Part shown: positions 62,177 to 64,000 of the stretch, in pieces
How positions within the stretch are numbered: position 1 is the first letter of the stretch
Layout of the letters: each line of letters starts with the position of its first letter
Assembly: GCA_965217865.1 (NCBI GenBank)
Contig: CBDCJO010000002.1
Location: forward strand, 5,600,001-5,664,000
Origin: Candidatus Latescibacterota bacterium
Lineage (GTDB): Bacteria > Latescibacterota > UBA2968 > SICM01
Length of the DNA stretch: 64,000 nt
Direction: 5' to 3'
Made by a program: the position numbers and the translations under genes
The notes under the pieces: model-generated
Databases searched by the model: none
What the model saw: only the letters and a program-made list of their open reading frames with translations
What the model was told of the DNA's origin: nothing

Positions 62177-62599
62177 GTGAACCTTTCACGTCGATCATTC
62201 CTGATACAGGCCGGGGTTGCGGCCATCCCCCTGGTTCCCGGGTGCGCCACGATTGGACTCGCCACGCATAGGGTCCCCCTCGAGGAGGGCAAGGCCACGA
62301 TTCAGATCAAGGATTTCCCCGAGCTATCGGTGATGGGAGGTGGGATCAAGATTAGGGCAGGGGGATTGGCGGACCCGATCTTCCTGGTCCATCTTGATCA
62401 TGCTCGATATATCGCCCTCTCAGCAGTTTGCACCCACCTGGGGTGTCTTGTTCGAAAACAAAATACCTCCTTCCGTTGCCCGTGCCACGGTTCGACTTAT
62501 GACCTGGAGGGAAACGTCTTGCGGGGGCCGGCTCAAGAGCCTATGACGCCTTTGAGGACGGAGGTCGATGAAACTAAGGTGACCATATTTTTTGGTTGA
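62177..62599 (+). CDS. Tat-exported Rieske [2Fe-2S] protein
   Basis: GTG start; SRRSFL Tat motif; VPGC lipobox-like; CTHLGC and CPCHGS.Y...G. Confidence 0.9.
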   Translation: MNLSRRSFLIQAGVAAIPLVPGCATIGLATHRVPLEEGKATIQIKDFPELSVMGGGIKIRAGGLADPIFLVHLDHARYIALSAVCTHLGCLVRKQNTSFRCPCHGSTYDLEGNVLRGPAQEPMTPLRTEVDETKVTIFFG

Positions 62600-62644
62600 A
62601 TATCCTCAGGAAATCAGGAGGATTTAATAAAAAAAGGAATTCCC

Positions 62645-63901
62645 ATGATTTCAAGGAATCTAAAAACAGGCATACTCCTCTTTTATACGGCGGTTTTCGC
62701 AGGATGGGGAACCCCCGCTGAGAGTCAGGAAGTGAATACCGCGGACGATGCCCAGGCCGGAGCAACCCGATCGGTGGAAGGAATCTCGTCCGCCGACACT
62801 GTGTTTTCTTCCCGTCGCGGAAAGCCCGTCATTCGGGGCGGGTACGCGGACAAACCCTTCATCACCCGACTGGGCGGCCGAACGACGATCGGTGGCTATG
62901 CGGAAGCCGAATTTCGCTACGATCAGGTGGCAGGGATCACAGAGGAGGCGACCTTCGTGCCCCGTCGATTCAACCTCTTCACCTATTCCGCGGTATCCGA
63001 CAGGGTGAGCATTGGGTCGGAGCTTGAAATCGAGGAGATGGGGGAGGAGATCAAGCTGGAATATGCCACCATCGACTTCATCGTCCACGAAGCCGTGAGT
63101 TTCAGGGGCGGGGTGATCCTCTCCCCCCTCGGGAAATTTAACCTTGCCCACGACGCCCCATTTAACGATCTTGTCGATCGTCCTCTTGTCTCGACGGAGA
63201 TCATCCCGACGGCACTGTCCGAGCCCGGAATGGGACTGTTCGGGGCGCTCTATCCTTCCGAAGCGTCACGGATCACCTACGAAATCTATGGCGTAAACGG
63301 TTTCAATGAGGGACTTCTCGAAGACAGCGACAGGACCACGCTCCCAAACGGCAAGGGGACGGTCGAGGATAACAACAACCACCCTTCATTTGTGGGACGC
63401 GTCTCCATCAGTCCCAGAGAGGGGATCGAACTGGGGGGATCCTTCCACGCAGGACCCTATAACGTCTATGAAGTGGAGGGATTGAAAGTGGCAGAGCGCC
63501 AAAACCTCTCGATCTTCGCGATCGATTACGAACTCCGTCACGATCGCTGGGAGCTTCTCGGGGAATACGCACGGGCTCACGTGGATATTCCGAACGCCAT
63601 ATCCGACCTGTTCGCAAGGCGCCAGCAGGGCATCTATGCCCAGGTCAACAGTCACTTCGGGAGAGGGTTTTTTCCTGATCTGCCCCATTCCTTGTTTACG
63701 GGAACCTTCCGTTACGATTTTGTCGATTTCGATTCCGAGGCCACGGGTGATTCACAATGGAAACTCACCTTCGGCCTGAACTTCAGGCCCACCGAGGATA
63801 CCGTCTTCAAACTGAACTATATCCGGGGCCGGGAGACGGATGCGGTGCCGCTCTCCGTGGATAGTGCGGCCTTTCTATTCGGGGTCGCAACATATTTTTA
63901 A
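62645..63901 (+). CDS. Outer-membrane porin-like beta-barrel
   Basis: Signal peptide; GGYAE, RFNLF, SELEIE, G.FN..H, V.RP, IIPT; alternating beta-strands; C-terminal YF. Confidence 0.8.
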   Translation: MISRNLKTGILLFYTAVFAGWGTPAESQEVNTADDAQAGATRSVEGISSADTVFSSRRGKPVIRGGYADKPFITRLGGRTTIGGYAEAEFRYDQVAGITEEATFVPRRFNLFTYSAVSDRVSIGSELEIEEMGEEIKLEYATIDFIVHEAVSFRGGVILSPLGKFNLAHDAPFNDLVDRPLVSTEIIPTALSEPGMGLFGALYPSEASRITYEIYGVNGFNEGLLEDSDRTTLPNGKGTVEDNNNHPSFVGRVSISPREGIELGGSFHAGPYNVYEVEGLKVAERQNLSIFAIDYELRHDRWELLGEYARAHVDIPNAISDLFARRQQGIYAQVNSHFGRGFFPDLPHSLFTGTFRYDFVDFDSEATGDSQWKLTFGLNFRPTEDTVFKLNYIRGRETDAVPLSVDSAAFLFGVATYF

Positions 63902-64000
63902 CCCCGTGAGGTCGGCAGTCGTGAAACCGAAAGGACGACGCTCCGTATCACGTTTTACTTTTCACGTTTGAAGTATGGAGTCCTTAGATGATGGAGCAGG

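Noticed and set aside
62177-62599. Cytochrome bc1/b6f Rieske subunit
   Set aside because: No adjacent cytochrome b gene; the neighbours are a di-heme lipoprotein and a porin.

Overview
Chromosomal window from a GC-rich diderm bacterium. The gene content (two DUF6785-type membrane proteins, FlgD/T9SS-like C-terminal domains, a PhyH dioxygenase, a GT3-type glycogen synthase) suggests the FCB group, possibly Latescibacterota-like; this is inference. About 50 intact genes are mostly housekeeping: slt, tenA, rdgB-rph, amidase-smpB, CIRCE-controlled groEL, folB-folK-dNK-panB-panC, sodA/Prx/iscA, glcD-like, rny, nuoI, iscU, nfo, an XDH-family Mo subunit, an AmmeMemo B-A fusion, M23 and M16C peptidases, and galT. 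No rRNA, tRNA, CRISPR array, intact transposase or prophage was seen. The most unusual elements are: (1) a di-heme lipoprotein + Tat Rieske + porin operon behind a DtxR/MntR-like operator; (2) a GT3 glucan synthase + lipoprotein + FadL-like barrel + GalT cluster; (3) an 11.6-kb adhesin-like gene broken by six frameshifts, with 1113-bp internal repeats, a frame-determining heptamer repeat in its signal-peptide region, a perfect CRP-type box upstream, and a REP-like palindrome replacing its C-terminus; (4) a 167-nt same-strand rny/nuoI overlap; (5) a lone DnaC/IstB-like ATPase coupled to a cell-wall amidase. All family assignments are by motif recognition only; no database searches were run.
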